Source of the DNA: an uncultured delta proteobacterium
Lineage (GTDB): Bacteria; Desulfobacterota; RBG-13-43-22
NCBI GenBank assembly: GCA_963843145.1
Contig: CAWJJC010000006.1
Location: forward strand, 32,001 to 96,000
Length of the DNA stretch: 64,000 nucleotides
Direction of reading: 5' to 3'
The notes under the pieces are model-generated. The model was not told the DNA's origin. It did no database searches and saw nothing but the letters and a program-made list of their open reading frames with translations. Positions within the stretch are counted from its first letter, which is position 1. Each line of letters begins with the position of its first letter. Below are positions 38,915 to 49,668 of this stretch, piece after piece. The translations under genes and the position numbers were made by a program.

Positions 38915-39007
38915 CCCGAACAAGAAGGAAGTCACCTTCCACCTTGACGCTTTCCCCTGGGGATAGGGTATAATCGATTCAGAAATAAGAAAAGAGTTTT
39001 AGAGATT

Positions 39008-39880
39008 ATGAAAAATGTTCGTTGGATAAGTTTGTTGTCCTGCCTCTGGTTGTTGGCTCTCTGGGGTTGCGGGACTACGCCGAAACCTAAAGAGACCAAA
39101 ACGTACCCCAAAATCGCCCTGGTCCTGGGTGGCGGGGCGGCCCGGGGTTTTGCCCACGTGGGGGTGATCCGGGTTTTGGAACAGGAAAAGATCCCGATTA
39201 GCATGATCGTGGGCGCCAGTGTGGGGAGTCTTATCGGCGGGTTGTATGCGGCCGATCCCAATAGCCTCAACCTGGAATGGCTGGCCTTTTCCATCGAGAA
39301 GGAGGATATTTTTGATTATTCCGTCGTTTACTCCAAAATGGGACCGGTCCAGGGCGACCGTTTGGAAAAATTCGTCCAGACCAAGGCCAAGGTGAAAAAC
39401 TTGGAACAGATGAAGATTCCCTTTTTCCCGGTGGCCACGGACCTCAACACCGGTCAGACCTGGGTCTTCGAGAGGGGTTCGGTGGCCAGGGCCGTTCGGG
39501 CCAGTTCGTCCATCCCCGGTATTTTCCAGCCGGTGGAGATCAACGGCCGGACCTATGTGGACGGAGGCGTTACGGACAACCTGCCGGTGGATGTCGCCCG
39601 GGCCAAAGGGGCGGACATAATTATCGCCGTTAACATTCAAAAGAAGATCGATAACCCTCAGATCAATTCCCTGATCGACGTGATTCTCCAATCCATCAAC
39701 ATTATGGGGCGAGAACTGGTCCTTTATAAATGCCGTCAGTATGAGGTCTTGATCGAACCCCCCGTGGGTGATGTGGGCCTGACCGATTTCAGTCAGAAAA
39801 AACGGTTGATGGACGCCGGCATGCAGGCGGCCCGGCAGGCCCTGCCCAAGATAAGAAAGCTGATTGAGGAGCGATCGTAA
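39008..39880 (+). CDS. Patatin-like phospholipase lipoprotein
   Basis: Lipobox LWGC, GGGAARG, GASVG, DGG. Confidence 0.92.
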   Translation: MKNVRWISLLSCLWLLALWGCGTTPKPKETKTYPKIALVLGGGAARGFAHVGVIRVLEQEKIPISMIVGASVGSLIGGLYAADPNSLNLEWLAFSIEKEDIFDYSVVYSKMGPVQGDRLEKFVQTKAKVKNLEQMKIPFFPVATDLNTGQTWVFERGSVARAVRASSSIPGIFQPVEINGRTYVDGGVTDNLPVDVARAKGADIIIAVNIQKKIDNPQINSLIDVILQSINIMGRELVLYKCRQYEVLIEPPVGDVGLTDFSQKKRLMDAGMQAARQALPKIRKLIEERS

Positions 39881-39965
39881 CGCCTTGTCGGAATAATTAA
39901 ACTCGCCAACCTGGGGGCGGGTACTCCGAAGCACGAAAATAGGCTTTAAACGGGTCGAGTCAGCT

Positions 39966-40055
39966 CGTCATTCCGGACAAGCGAAGCGCGATCCGGAATC
40001 CAGACCTCGGCCAAGCCTCCAAGGACCTGGATGCCGGATCGAGTCCGGCATGACG
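39966..40055. repeat. REP-like palindromic element, intact copy
   Basis: CGTCATTCCGGAC...ATCCGGAATCCAG...CTGGATGCCGGAT...GTCCGGCATGACG; a closely similar copy is split by IS110 at 54873-54886 / 55979-56060. Confidence 0.85.
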
Positions 40056-40135
40056 GCAAAAACAAATGCCCAAGGTGGCGCTTGATTTTATTTTCATACT
40101 AAACCCGGGACGAATCTCGGGTTTAAAGGAGTAGA

Positions 40136-41044
40136 ATGCGTTTTCCGTTACATGGCTGGATTGGATTGGCGGCCCTGGTGGGTTCACAGACCGCTTTAAT
40201 TCTCCAATTTGATCCCTTGACCATTCATTTTTATTCATTGATCTGGTGGCCCTATATCTTGTTGGTTGATGGACTGATCTACTATCGGCGGGGTACCAGC
40301 CTGATCATGAACCGCCCCCGGGAATTTTTATTATTAATCCCTTGGTCGGTGGTAATCTGGTTAATCTTTGAGGCCTTTAATCTGGTGCTCCGAAATTGGT
40401 ATTATATCGGGGTCCCCCAAGAAATCTTCGTCCGTTGGCCGGGGTACTTTGTGGCCTATGGGACCGTACTGCCGGCCATTTTTGAAACCCGGGAACTGCT
40501 GGACGCCTGGCAGGTTTTTGGCAAAAGGCGGATAAGACCGGTCCAATTTTCCGCTTCCTGGGTTGCCGGTTTCAAATTCCTCGGCCTGGCCATGCTGTTA
40601 CTGCCGCTGGTCTGGCCTCTTTACACCTTCCCACTGGTTTGGGGAGGTTTTGTCTTTCTCCTGGATCCCTGGAATTACCGGCGGGGTCGGCCCTCCCTCC
40701 TCAGGGACCTGGAGGGGGGAACGCTGGTTAACTTTTATCAACTTCTGCTGGCCGGTTTGATCTGCGGCGGCCTTTGGGAGTTCTGGAATTTCTGGGCTCA
40801 GGCCAAATGGATTTACACCGTGCCCTGGGTAGGTGAAGTCAAATTGTTTGAGATGCCGATTTTGGGCTTCCTGGGGTTTCCGCCTTTCGCCGTGGAGTGT
40901 TACGTCATGGCCCATTTCCTGAAGATCTACGAAACGGATTCCAACCAAAAACAGTGGTCCTGGAAGGCCGTTCCCCTCTGGCTTATTATCTACGCCCTTA
41001 TGTTCTGGGCCATTGACCGGTTTACGGTCCGCTTCTATGTCTGA
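40136..41044 (+). CDS. Conserved hypothetical Trp-rich membrane protein
   Basis: Multiple TM helices; WEFWNFWA.AKW.Y, FEMP.LG.LGFPPF. Confidence 0.75.
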   Translation: MRFPLHGWIGLAALVGSQTALILQFDPLTIHFYSLIWWPYILLVDGLIYYRRGTSLIMNRPREFLLLIPWSVVIWLIFEAFNLVLRNWYYIGVPQEIFVRWPGYFVAYGTVLPAIFETRELLDAWQVFGKRRIRPVQFSASWVAGFKFLGLAMLLLPLVWPLYTFPLVWGGFVFLLDPWNYRRGRPSLLRDLEGGTLVNFYQLLLAGLICGGLWEFWNFWAQAKWIYTVPWVGEVKLFEMPILGFLGFPPFAVECYVMAHFLKIYETDSNQKQWSWKAVPLWLIIYALMFWAIDRFTVRFYV

Positions 41045-42373
41045 AAGGGTCTATCTTATCAGCCTGGGCTGCGCCAAAAACCGGGTAGACAGTGAAGTCA
41101 TGCTGGGTCAACTGCAGGCGCAAGGGTATCGGATCACGGAGACGCCGGAAGAGGCGGCCGTTATCATTGTCAATACCTGCAGCTTCATTCGCTCGGCCGT
41201 GGAGGAGTCCATAGAAACCATCCTGGAGGCGGCCCGATTCAAGGAACAAGGCCTTTGTCGTGTCCTGGGGGTGACCGGCTGCTTTCCCCAGCGGTACCGG
41301 GAGGAACTGGTCGGCCGGCTGCCGGAGGTGGATTTTTTTTTAGGCACCGAATCCTTTTTTGGGATCGCCCGGCAGGTTCGGGAGGCCCTGACCCGGGCCG
41401 GTGGAACGACCCTCGACTTGAAGCCCGACCCGGCCCTCTGGCGCGAACCTTGGGAACGGCTCCTAACCACCCCTCCGGGAACGGCCTATTTAAAAATCGC
41501 GGAAGGCTGCTCCAACCGCTGTGCCTACTGCACCATCCCGGATATTCGCGGTCCTTTCCGGAGCCGGGACCCGAAGATTCTCGTCAGCGGAGGCCGCGTC
41601 TCTGGCCGCCCAAGGGGTCAAAGAATTGATCCTGGTGGCCCAGGACACCACGGCCTACGGGAGCGATCTTCCCCGGCCGGCTTCGCTGAGCGGTTTGATT
41701 GCTTCCCTGGCCGAGGATCGAACCGGCTTAAATGGATCCGGCTCTTATACCTGAGGCCGGAGCGGGTCACTCCGCGCCTGCTGGAAACCTTGGCCTCGCT
41801 GGAAAAGGTCTGCCCTACCTGGATATCCCCATCCAGCATGCCAGCGACCGTATTTTAAAGGCCATGAACCGGCCCTACCGGCAGCGGGACCTCAAAACCT
41901 TGTTTCGTCGGGTTCGCCGGACCTGGCCCCGAGTGGCCTTGCGGACAACGGTCATGGTCGGTTTTCCCGGCGAAGAGGAGGGGGATTTTCAGGAGCTGCA
42001 GCATTTTATCGAGGAAATTGAGTTTGATCATTTGGGCGTCTTTCGCTATTCACCCGAGGAAGGGACCCCGGCTAACCTTCTGCCAGGAAAGGTCGCCAAA
42101 AAAATGATGACCAAAAGATACAATCAGCTTCTGGCCCGGCAGAAGAAAATCTCCCAGGCCCATAATAGAGATTTTATCGGTCGGGTCGAACCGGTCCTCA
42201 TAACCGGTCCGAGCTCCGAAAGTGAATGGCTGCTGGAGGGCAGGACCCGCTTCCAGGCCCCGGAGGTGGACGGGGTGGTCTATATCACCGACGGGAACCC
42301 CCGGATCGGCGAAATCAACGCCGTAAAAATCATCGAAGCCCATCCTTATGATTTGGTTGGAGTAGCCTTATAA
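41037..42373 (+). CDS. rimO: Ribosomal protein S12 methylthiotransferase RimO, with several frameshifts (errors or pseudogene)
   Basis: [36 protein letters not shown] (other frame), [15 protein letters not shown]. Indels at ~41587, ~41713-41727 and ~41815. Confidence 0.85.
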
Positions 42374-42744
42374 ATGAGACGCTTCGCTTTTTGGACGGAT
42401 CCTATCGCCTATCCGGGTTGGCCGACGGGTCCCGAAGGCCGATTTTAGGTTAATCCGACAAATAGAGTAACCACCCATCCCAAAGGGCGAACAGCCGTAA
42501 TTAAACGCCGCCGATTCCCTACTTCCGAAGTCCGGTAGCCGGTGGAAAGTCTTTTTTGTAACCCATTGTATTTTAATAATAATATTTATAAATTTGCTTT
42601 TTGAGGAATAAAAGTCCGATTGACGAACGAGGTAGAAAAGACCAATCAGAAGAAGGTGTGGAAATATTTTGACAGAACGGGGTTTTTTCGTTATGAACAC
42701 TATTGAAGAAATAGTAGCGCCAAAGGCGGTCAGCCGGAGCCGGA

Positions 42745-43722
42745 ATGAGCCCTGAAAGCGATTTTTTAAAACATTTACAGGAGGATATAGAAAAGGTCAA
42801 CTATTGCCTGATGGAAAACCTCCGCTCCCACATCCCCCTGATCGCGGAGGTCAATCAGCATATCCTGAGCGGCGGCGGAAAACGGCTGCGGTCCCTTCTT
42901 TTTGTAATCTGCGCCCGGCTTTGCGGCTATGAGGGGGAGCGGGCCTACAAGCTATCTTCCATTTTCGAATATCTGCACGCGGCCACTCTGCTCCACGACG
43001 ACGTGATCGACAAGGCCGATACCCGCAGGGGCAAGCCGGCGGCCAACAAGGTCTGGGGCAACTCGGCGGCCGTGCTGGTGGGGGATTTTCTCCTTTCCAA
43101 GTCGTTTACCCTGGCCGTGGAAAGCGAAAAGCTGCGGCTGTTGGAGGTCCTTTCCAGTGCCACCACCCGAATGGCCGAAGGGATGGTGCTGGAACTCATT
43201 CACACCGACGACTTGGCCGTGGCTGAGGAGATCTACCGGCGCATTCTGATCGATAAGACCGCCATTCTGATCTCCGCCTCCTGCCAGACCGGGGCGATCT
43301 GGGGAGGGGCCCCGGAAAAAGAGGAACAGGCCCTCAGGGATTACGGTTTGGACCTGGGAATCGCTTTTCAAATGGTGGATGACTTACTGGATTACATTGC
43401 CTCGGAGCAGGAAACCGGAAAGACCGTGGCCAATGATTTTAAGGAAGGGAAGATCACTTTGCCGCTGATCTACGCCTTGAGTAAATGCTCGGCCGAAGAA
43501 AAGCAGCGGATTGAAGTTTTGGCCAAAAAAATCAGACCGGACCAAGAGGAGTTAAAACCTGTTTTTGAATTGGTTCAAAAATACGGGGGGCTTGAATATA
43601 CCCGGGAGCGGGCTGAAAGCTATAAAAATCGGGCCGTAAAAGCGCTCGAAATTTTTCCTCCAGGCCGGGACCGGCGGATCCTGGAAGATCTGGCGGAATT
43701 TGTGATCGCCCGGCGAAGGTAG
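42745..43722 (+). CDS. ispB: Polyprenyl (octaprenyl) diphosphate synthase
   Basis: GGKRLR, LLHDDVID..RRG, FQMVDDLLD, GKITLP. Confidence 0.88.
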   Translation: MSPESDFLKHLQEDIEKVNYCLMENLRSHIPLIAEVNQHILSGGGKRLRSLLFVICARLCGYEGERAYKLSSIFEYLHAATLLHDDVIDKADTRRGKPAANKVWGNSAAVLVGDFLLSKSFTLAVESEKLRLLEVLSSATTRMAEGMVLELIHTDDLAVAEEIYRRILIDKTAILISASCQTGAIWGGAPEKEEQALRDYGLDLGIAFQMVDDLLDYIASEQETGKTVANDFKEGKITLPLIYALSKCSAEEKQRIEVLAKKIRPDQEELKPVFELVQKYGGLEYTRERAESYKNRAVKALEIFPPGRDRRILEDLAEFVIARRR

Positions 43723-43810
43723 CTTAACAATTTGAACTCACTTTAGATGGCGGGGTTACCCGCAGAGCAGAAAGTCGTTTTTGGTCTTTTTACGAGGTTA
43801 TGAAAAAAAT

Positions 43811-44185
43811 ATGATACGATATGAATTGGCCCCGGATATCGAACGGCAACTAGGACAGATTGCCCGAAGGCTGAAGATGAAACACATCGACTTGAAGCGG
43901 GTCAGGGGGGTCCGAAGTTACGGGTCGACCGGCAAGGGGATCATTGCCCGCTGCCATGCTCTGCCCAAGGTCATGCAGTTGGCCCTTGGGCAGGAGGCCC
44001 ACTACGTCATTGAGATCTTAACCGAAGGCTATCAACGTTTGAGCGAAGAAGCCCAGATTAAGATCCTGATCCACGAATTGATGCATATCCCCGAGACCTT
44101 TGGGGGCGGGTTCCGCATGCATCGGGATCATGTCACCCGTCGAAATGTAGAAAAGATGTACCGGGAGTATACCCAAAGCAAGTAA
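43811..44185 (+). CDS. Small putative zincin metallopeptidase
   Basis: ILIHELMHIP..FGGG HExxH motif; start ATG 43811. Confidence 0.75.
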   Translation: MIRYELAPDIERQLGQIARRLKMKHIDLKRVRGVRSYGSTGKGIIARCHALPKVMQLALGQEAHYVIEILTEGYQRLSEEAQIKILIHELMHIPETFGGGFRMHRDHVTRRNVEKMYREYTQSK

Positions 44186-44196
44186 TGGTCCGCAGA

Positions 44197-44436
44197 TTAT
44201 TCCTCAGGCTCCGAGGCATCATAGAGCAGGTTATTCACCATGGAATGGAGGATGCCGGCCAGATAAATTTCGTCGCCGATATCGGACGAAAGGGAATGAT
44301 AAACCCCCTCCTTGTCCATATAAAAAACGATTAGTTCCTTGATAGCTTCGTTGTCATCGCTCAACCGCTCCAGGATATCAACCACCTGTTTCTGGGTCCG
44401 GTCGATATGAATAAGTTTTCCTTTTTTACCTGCCAT
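44197..44436 (-). CDS. Small hypothetical protein
   Basis: 79-aa ORF with RBS AAGGAG; no recognised motif. Confidence 0.6.
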   Translation of the reverse strand: MAGKKGKLIHIDRTQKQVVDILERLSDDNEAIKELIVFYMDKEGVYHSLSSDIGDEIYLAGILHSMVNNLLYDASEPEE

Positions 44437-44526
44437 GGTGGAGTACTCCTTTTTTACAGTCGGCCTGATCGGCCCATTCCACTAATAACGTAGAATAATC
44501 CGAATTATCCGAAAAGACAAGCCCCT

Positions 44527-45423
44527 TTACTTGGGGAAAAAGAGGATAAATTTCTCCAGCAGATGGTCCGGGTGATACGACTCCTTAGCCTTCCTTAATC
44601 CGGGCTCTCCCAGATCCTGTTCACGGTTGACATAGCGAATAGTGCTCCACGCCCTTTCCAAAAACTGCTGATTGATCAAGGCATACAGCCCGGGAATTTC
44701 CGGGTTGGCCTTCTCGACATGGATGACTACCGTATCAGGATTCAGTAATTCGCCGAGGCTGAAGGCTTCCACTTTCCCCCGGATACGGATAACACCCCCC
44801 CGATACGGCAGAAAATCAATATGCTTAAAGGCCTCGACAATGGCCTGTTCTTCGTTTAATAAGCTAGGCGACTCTTCGCATTGGCGTAATCGGCACCAGG
44901 CCTCCTGCAAATTAAGGCATTCGGTCACCAGTTCCGGGGTTAGGGGAAGATATTCCCAGTCGCTATTTTTCTTAAGCCGGTTGACGTGATTTTTCTGGGA
45001 GTGGTAGCGGTTGCCGGATAGGTGGACCAGGCTCTTGGTCAGGTAGACATAATCGCTGTTGTCCCGGTCCAGGACCAGTTCTGCCCCCGGAAAGGAGCCC
45101 AACTCGCCGGCCAAAGGGCCCGGAACCCGGCCTACTCGGGGCCGATGTCCAGCGTCCTTTAGCGTTTCAATCCCGGTTTGGGTCCAGGCCCGAATATCGC
45201 CCTGCCCGATGGGAGGAAATAAAAAAGGGGCGGATCCCGGAGGCTGTCCCAGGAGGGTCAAAAAGTCATGTACCACGGACACCTGGAACTGATAATAGTG
45301 CCGCCAGATGAACAGGTTGGTAAAGGTGAATTCCGAAATTTGCGGTGGAAAACGCCTGAAAAAAACGTCCACCAACCCCTGGTGGGCCTGCGATAAGGGT
45401 TCGAAGGGGAGAAGCATATTCAA
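44527..45423 (-). CDS. DUF2156 (aminoacyl-phosphatidylglycerol synthase C-terminal-like) protein
   Basis: SEFTFTNLFIW, DYVY, HVEKAN, NREQDLG.PGLRKAK.SY.P. Confidence 0.85.
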   Translation of the reverse strand: MNMLLPFEPLSQAHQGLVDVFFRRFPPQISEFTFTNLFIWRHYYQFQVSVVHDFLTLLGQPPGSAPFLFPPIGQGDIRAWTQTGIETLKDAGHRPRVGRVPGPLAGELGSFPGAELVLDRDNSDYVYLTKSLVHLSGNRYHSQKNHVNRLKKNSDWEYLPLTPELVTECLNLQEAWCRLRQCEESPSLLNEEQAIVEAFKHIDFLPYRGGVIRIRGKVEAFSLGELLNPDTVVIHVEKANPEIPGLYALINQQFLERAWSTIRYVNREQDLGEPGLRKAKESYHPDHLLEKFILFFPK

Positions 45424-46268
45424 TGCGCGGCCTTGAGGTCTTTAAGGGACTGAAGCCTTTCATAGGGTATCCGTAAAGCGCCGTAGCCGGTCAGTATATC
45501 CACCCCTTCCTTGTTTTTGCCGTGAAAATCGCTTCCTCCGGTCACCAAAAGGTCCAGGTCCTCGGCCAAGGCCAGATATTCCTGGGTTTGTTCCGGGGGA
45601 TGCTCGGAATAGAGGCATTCCAGCCCCTGAAGGCCCTGATCCCTCAACTCCCGAAGCAGATGGAAGAGCTGCTCCCGGGTGGTGCAGTTTAAGGTAAAAG
45701 GATGGGCCAGAACCGGAATGCCTCCGGCCTGGCGAATCAGAGCGATGGCCCGGCCCGGGGAAAAGCGAAATTTCTCCACATAAGCCGGAGCGCCTTTGGT
45801 CAGGTATTTTGTAAAGGCCTCGTCCAGGGTTTGGACGGCCCCAATTTGCAGCATGGCCTGGGCGATGTGCGGTCGGCCGATCTGTCCTCCGGAAAGGGCC
45901 TGGACCTGATCGTAAGTAATGGGAATGCCCAGCTCTTGTAAGCGAACGATAATTTTAGGGTTCCTTTCTCGGCGGGCCTCCTGAAGACGTTCCAGTTCCT
46001 GTTGGAAAAAGGGGTCGGTATGATCGATATAATAGCCGAGGATATGCATGCCCCCGCCGGTATAGTCGGCGCTGATTTCGAGGCCCGGGACCAATTCAAA
46101 ACGATAGGCCTCGGCTGCGCGCAGGGCCTCCGCCAGACCGGCCACCGTATCGTGGTCGGTCAGGGCGATGGCGGCCGCCCCCTTTTGGAGGGCATAAGTC
46201 ACTAATTCTCCGGGTGCCAGGCTACCGTCCGAGGCGTTGGAATGCGTGTGAAGATCGATAAGGTTCAT
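45420..46268 (-). CDS. PHP-domain phosphoesterase
   Basis: DLHTHSNASDG, TDHD, GRPHIA, LAHP, GGSDFHG. Confidence 0.92.
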   Translation of the reverse strand: MNLIDLHTHSNASDGSLAPGELVTYALQKGAAAIALTDHDTVAGLAEALRAAEAYRFELVPGLEISADYTGGGMHILGYYIDHTDPFFQQELERLQEARRERNPKIIVRLQELGIPITYDQVQALSGGQIGRPHIAQAMLQIGAVQTLDEAFTKYLTKGAPAYVEKFRFSPGRAIALIRQAGGIPVLAHPFTLNCTTREQLFHLLRELRDQGLQGLECLYSEHPPEQTQEYLALAEDLDLLVTGGSDFHGKNKEGVDILTGYGALRIPYERLQSLKDLKAAH

Positions 46269-46320
46269 AGTGAAGGGCTTCTTCCTTTACCTCGTCTTGG
46301 GATTTGTTTCTAACCTTGGG

Positions 46321-48696
46321 TTAGCGCTTGCAGGCTTTGTTTTGTTGCCGGCAGAGGGCCAAATCAATAACTTCATCCATCCGATCCACAAAATGGAATT
46401 TAAGTCCTTTCATCAAGGCCGGTTGGATCTCCTCCAAGTCCTTTTCATTTTTGTGGGGCAGGATCACCTCTTTGATGCCGGCCCGTTTCGCGGCTAAGAC
46501 CTTTTCCTTGATTCCCCCCACCGGAAGGACCAGGCCTCGGAGGGTGATTTCTCCGGTCATGGCCAGGTCGCTCCTCACCGGGCGATCCGTTAGCAGAGAG
46601 GTCAGGGCGGTTAATATAGCTACCCCGGCGGATGGCCCGTCCTTGGGGATGGCCCCGGCCGGGACGTGGATATGCAGGTCATGGTTATCATAGAAATCGG
46701 GAGAAATTCCCGCATGTTCAGCATTTGAACGAATATAGCTCAAAGCCGCCCCGGCGGATTCTTTCATCACGTCTCCCAATTGTCCGGTCAGGGTGAGCGT
46801 TCGCCGGCCGGGCATTTTTGAGGCCTCGACAAATAGAATATCCCCTCCGGCCTGAGTCCAGGCCAACCCGGTGGCCACTCCCGGGGTTTTGGTTCTATCG
46901 GCAACCTCGGAAAAGAATTTAACCGGACCTAAATAGGAATGAAGGTCTTGAGGACCGATCTTTTTGAACTGCGATTTCCCTTCGGCCACTTCTTTGGCCA
47001 CACCACGACAGATAGCCGCGATTTCTCTTTCCAGGTTACGAAGTCCGGCCTCCCGGGTATAATTCCGGATAAGGCCCTGAAGGGCTTTTTTCCCAAAGAC
47101 CAAATTTTTGTCGGTTAAGCCGTGCTCTCCCAGTTGCTTGGGGATCAAATGGGTCTGGGCGATTTGCACCTTCTCTTCCTCAATGTAGCCCGACAGGTTC
47201 AATACTTCCATGCGGTCAAGGAGGGCAGGGGGAACGGTGTCTAATATATTGGCGGTGGTAATGAACATGACCTGGGAGAGGTCAAATTCCACCTCCAGGT
47301 AGTGATCGGAAAAGGAAAAGTTCTGCTCCGGGTCCAAGACCTCCAAAAGGGCCGAAGAGGGATCGCCCCGAAAATCGGTGCCGACCTTGTCGATTTCATC
47401 CAGGATAAAAACCGGGTTGTTGGAACCGGCTTTGCGCAGTCCCTGGATAATCCTGCCCGGCAGTGCCCCCACGTAAGTGCGGCGGTGCCCCCGGATCTCG
47501 GCCTCATCCCGAACCCCGCCCAGAGAGAGGCGGACGAATTTACGCCCCAAGGCTCGGGCAATGGAACGGCCCAGGGAAGTCTTCCCGGTGCCCGGCGGGC
47601 CGACAAAGCAAAGGATAGGGCCTTTCATGTCCGGTTTCAGCTTACGCACAGCCAGATACTCCAGGATCCGTTTCTTGACCTTCTCCAAGTTGTAATGGTC
47701 TTCATCCAGAACTTTAGCGGCTTTCTCAATATCCAGATTGTCTTCCGTCCGAACATTCCAGGGCAATTCAGTGATCCAATCCAGATAAGAAAGGGCCACC
47801 GTATACTCCGGTGAGGCCGAGTTCATGCGGGCCAGACGGTTCAGTTCCCGTTCGGCCTCTTTGGCCGCTGCAGCCGGCAATTGACGATCCTTGATCTTTT
47901 GCCGATACTCTTCGATTTCCAGGGTCTTCTCATCTTTTTCGCCCAACTCCTTCTGGATGGCCTTGAGTTGCTCCCGCAGGTAATATTCCCGTTGGTTCTT
48001 GTCGATTCCCTCTTTGACCTCGGACTGGATCTTCTTGCCTAACTCCAGGACTTCCAGTTCTTTGGTCAGTACCACGGTGACTTTCTGCAGCCTTTCTTTG
48101 ACGTCCAGGGACTCCAGGATGTCCTGCTTTTCCTCCTTGGTAATATTGAGCGTCGAAGTAATCATATCGGCCAGAGAACCGGGGTCCTCCACGCTCTGGG
48201 CCAGCAGGCTTAATTCCGAGGGTAAATAGGGGGATAATTCCAGCACCTTGGTAAAGAGGGAGCGGGCATTGTTCACCAGGGCCGTGGTCTCCATCCCGGA
48301 ATCAGCGGCATCTTTCAAGACCTCAATTTTAGCTTTGAAATAGGGTTCGGTGGCCGTAATTTCAAGGATCTTGAAGCGGGTTAATCCCTGAACCATGATC
48401 CGCACGCCCCCTTCCGGGACTTTAGCCATTTTCAGAATCGAACCCACCGTTCCAATGCCGTAGAGATCTTCGGGGGTTAGCGGCTCCTGCCCTTTACCCT
48501 TAATCAGGACTAATCCCAGGATATGGTCTTTCATCAGGGCCTCATCCACCAGTCGGACCCAGTTGTTTTCCCAAATCATTAAAGGAAAGACCATCTTGGG
48601 AAACAGGGTCACGTCCATAACCGGCAAAATAGAAATTTCTTCCGGGATATTAACTACCTGCGGCTGTAGGGGTAATGTAGTCTCGTTGATTTCCAT
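46321..48696 (-). CDS. lon: ATP-dependent Lon protease
   Basis: [32 protein letters not shown]. Confidence 0.97.
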   Translation of the reverse strand: MEINETTLPLQPQVVNIPEEISILPVMDVTLFPKMVFPLMIWENNWVRLVDEALMKDHILGLVLIKGKGQEPLTPEDLYGIGTVGSILKMAKVPEGGVRIMVQGLTRFKILEITATEPYFKAKIEVLKDAADSGMETTALVNNARSLFTKVLELSPYLPSELSLLAQSVEDPGSLADMITSTLNITKEEKQDILESLDVKERLQKVTVVLTKELEVLELGKKIQSEVKEGIDKNQREYYLREQLKAIQKELGEKDEKTLEIEEYRQKIKDRQLPAAAAKEAERELNRLARMNSASPEYTVALSYLDWITELPWNVRTEDNLDIEKAAKVLDEDHYNLEKVKKRILEYLAVRKLKPDMKGPILCFVGPPGTGKTSLGRSIARALGRKFVRLSLGGVRDEAEIRGHRRTYVGALPGRIIQGLRKAGSNNPVFILDEIDKVGTDFRGDPSSALLEVLDPEQNFSFSDHYLEVEFDLSQVMFITTANILDTVPPALLDRMEVLNLSGYIEEEKVQIAQTHLIPKQLGEHGLTDKNLVFGKKALQGLIRNYTREAGLRNLEREIAAICRGVAKEVAEGKSQFKKIGPQDLHSYLGPVKFFSEVADRTKTPGVATGLAWTQAGGDILFVEASKMPGRRTLTLTGQLGDVMKESAGAALSYIRSNAEHAGISPDFYDNHDLHIHVPAGAIPKDGPSAGVAILTALTSLLTDRPVRSDLAMTGEITLRGLVLPVGGIKEKVLAAKRAGIKEVILPHKNEKDLEEIQPALMKGLKFHFVDRMDEVIDLALCRQQNKACKR

Positions 48697-48730
48697 AGGA
48701 AACTCCTTTTTATGAAAAACGCCGCCAAAT

Positions 48731-49147
48731 TCATTTAATGGGAATGGTTTTAGCTTGCGTCGGTTTTTTAGGTAAAGTTATAGTCAAAAGTCCGTCCTGG
48801 TATTGGGCCTCGATCTTATCTTCATCGATGAGTACCGGCAACTGAAAGACTCGCTCAAAGGAACCGTATTCAATTTCCATCTGCAGAAACCGAATGCTCT
48901 CGGGAGTGAAGGGGCGTTCGCGGCGCCCATAAAGATAAACCAGGTTCTTTTTAATGGTCACCTGGATTTCATTTTTTATAAGTCCCGAGGCATCCGCCAG
49001 GATCACAAAGGACTGAGGGGTTTCCATAATGTCCATCTGCGGGTACCAGACCCGCTGATCCAGCAGAAATCGGGGACTGAGCTGGTGAACCATATCTTCC
49101 ATGAGACGGCGCATTTGCTGCTGTAGTCGGTTGAAATCGCTTACCAA
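48731..49147 (-). CDS. Hsp20/alpha-crystallin small heat-shock protein
   Basis: [23 protein letters not shown]; upstream of lon. Confidence 0.9.
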   Translation of the reverse strand: MVSDFNRLQQQMRRLMEDMVHQLSPRFLLDQRVWYPQMDIMETPQSFVILADASGLIKNEIQVTIKKNLVYLYGRRERPFTPESIRFLQMEIEYGSFERVFQLPVLIDEDKIEAQYQDGLLTITLPKKPTQAKTIPIK

Positions 49148-49423
49148 GGTGCCTCTCCTTTTTGAATTAGGTTAGCCCATAGAGTCGGATCCCCATAAAT
49201 GCAGGAGGCCCTCCTCCTTGTTCTGAACGATTCGTCGAATTAAGTATTGCCAAATATTATAAGATCGGATAGAGGTTTTGTAAAGGAATGGGAGGGTTTT
49301 TTCGCGGTATTTCAAGCGTATATTTTACTTGCCAGGCTTTAATAATTAGGCTATATTACAACTTTTAAATAAAGTGACCTGCCTGGCTCCAGGGGAGACA
49401 AAAAGGGAGAAGAGGAAGCGGAA

Positions 49424-49525
49424 ATGGGGAGTGTAGTCAAGAAGAGACGGAAAAAAATGCGGAAACACAAGCATAAGAAGTTGATGAAGAAGACCAGGCA
49501 CCAGCGGAAGAAGAGAGGGAAGTAA
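49424..49525 (+). CDS. Small basic AURKAIP1/COX24 (bS22/mS38-like) ribosome-associated protein
   Basis: MGSVVKKRRKKMRKHKHKKLMKKTRHQRKKRGK*; below the ORF-track cutoff; RBS GAGG. Confidence 0.88.
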   Translation: MGSVVKKRRKKMRKHKHKKLMKKTRHQRKKRGK

Positions 49526-49621
49526 CAAAAGAGATTCCTTGCGGGATAGTTTTACAGCCTGGAACCCATAATCCGGATGCATCCAGTGGATTGATTTTTT
49601 TATGATTTTCTGCTTGCCGCT

Positions 49622-49656
49622 ACAGGCCAGCCCTTCGGGGGTGGCCTGTCTTTTTT
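49622..49656 (+). terminator. Rho-independent terminator
   Basis: ACAGGCCAGCCC-TTCG-GGGGTGGCCTGT followed by C and T6. Confidence 0.8.
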
Positions 49657-49668
49657 GGGAGGGGTCCT

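Noticed and set aside
42374-42744. Structured ncRNA in the 370-bp rimO-ispB spacer
   Set aside because: No recognisable family motif or strong long stem; the distal part looks like an AT-rich promoter region.
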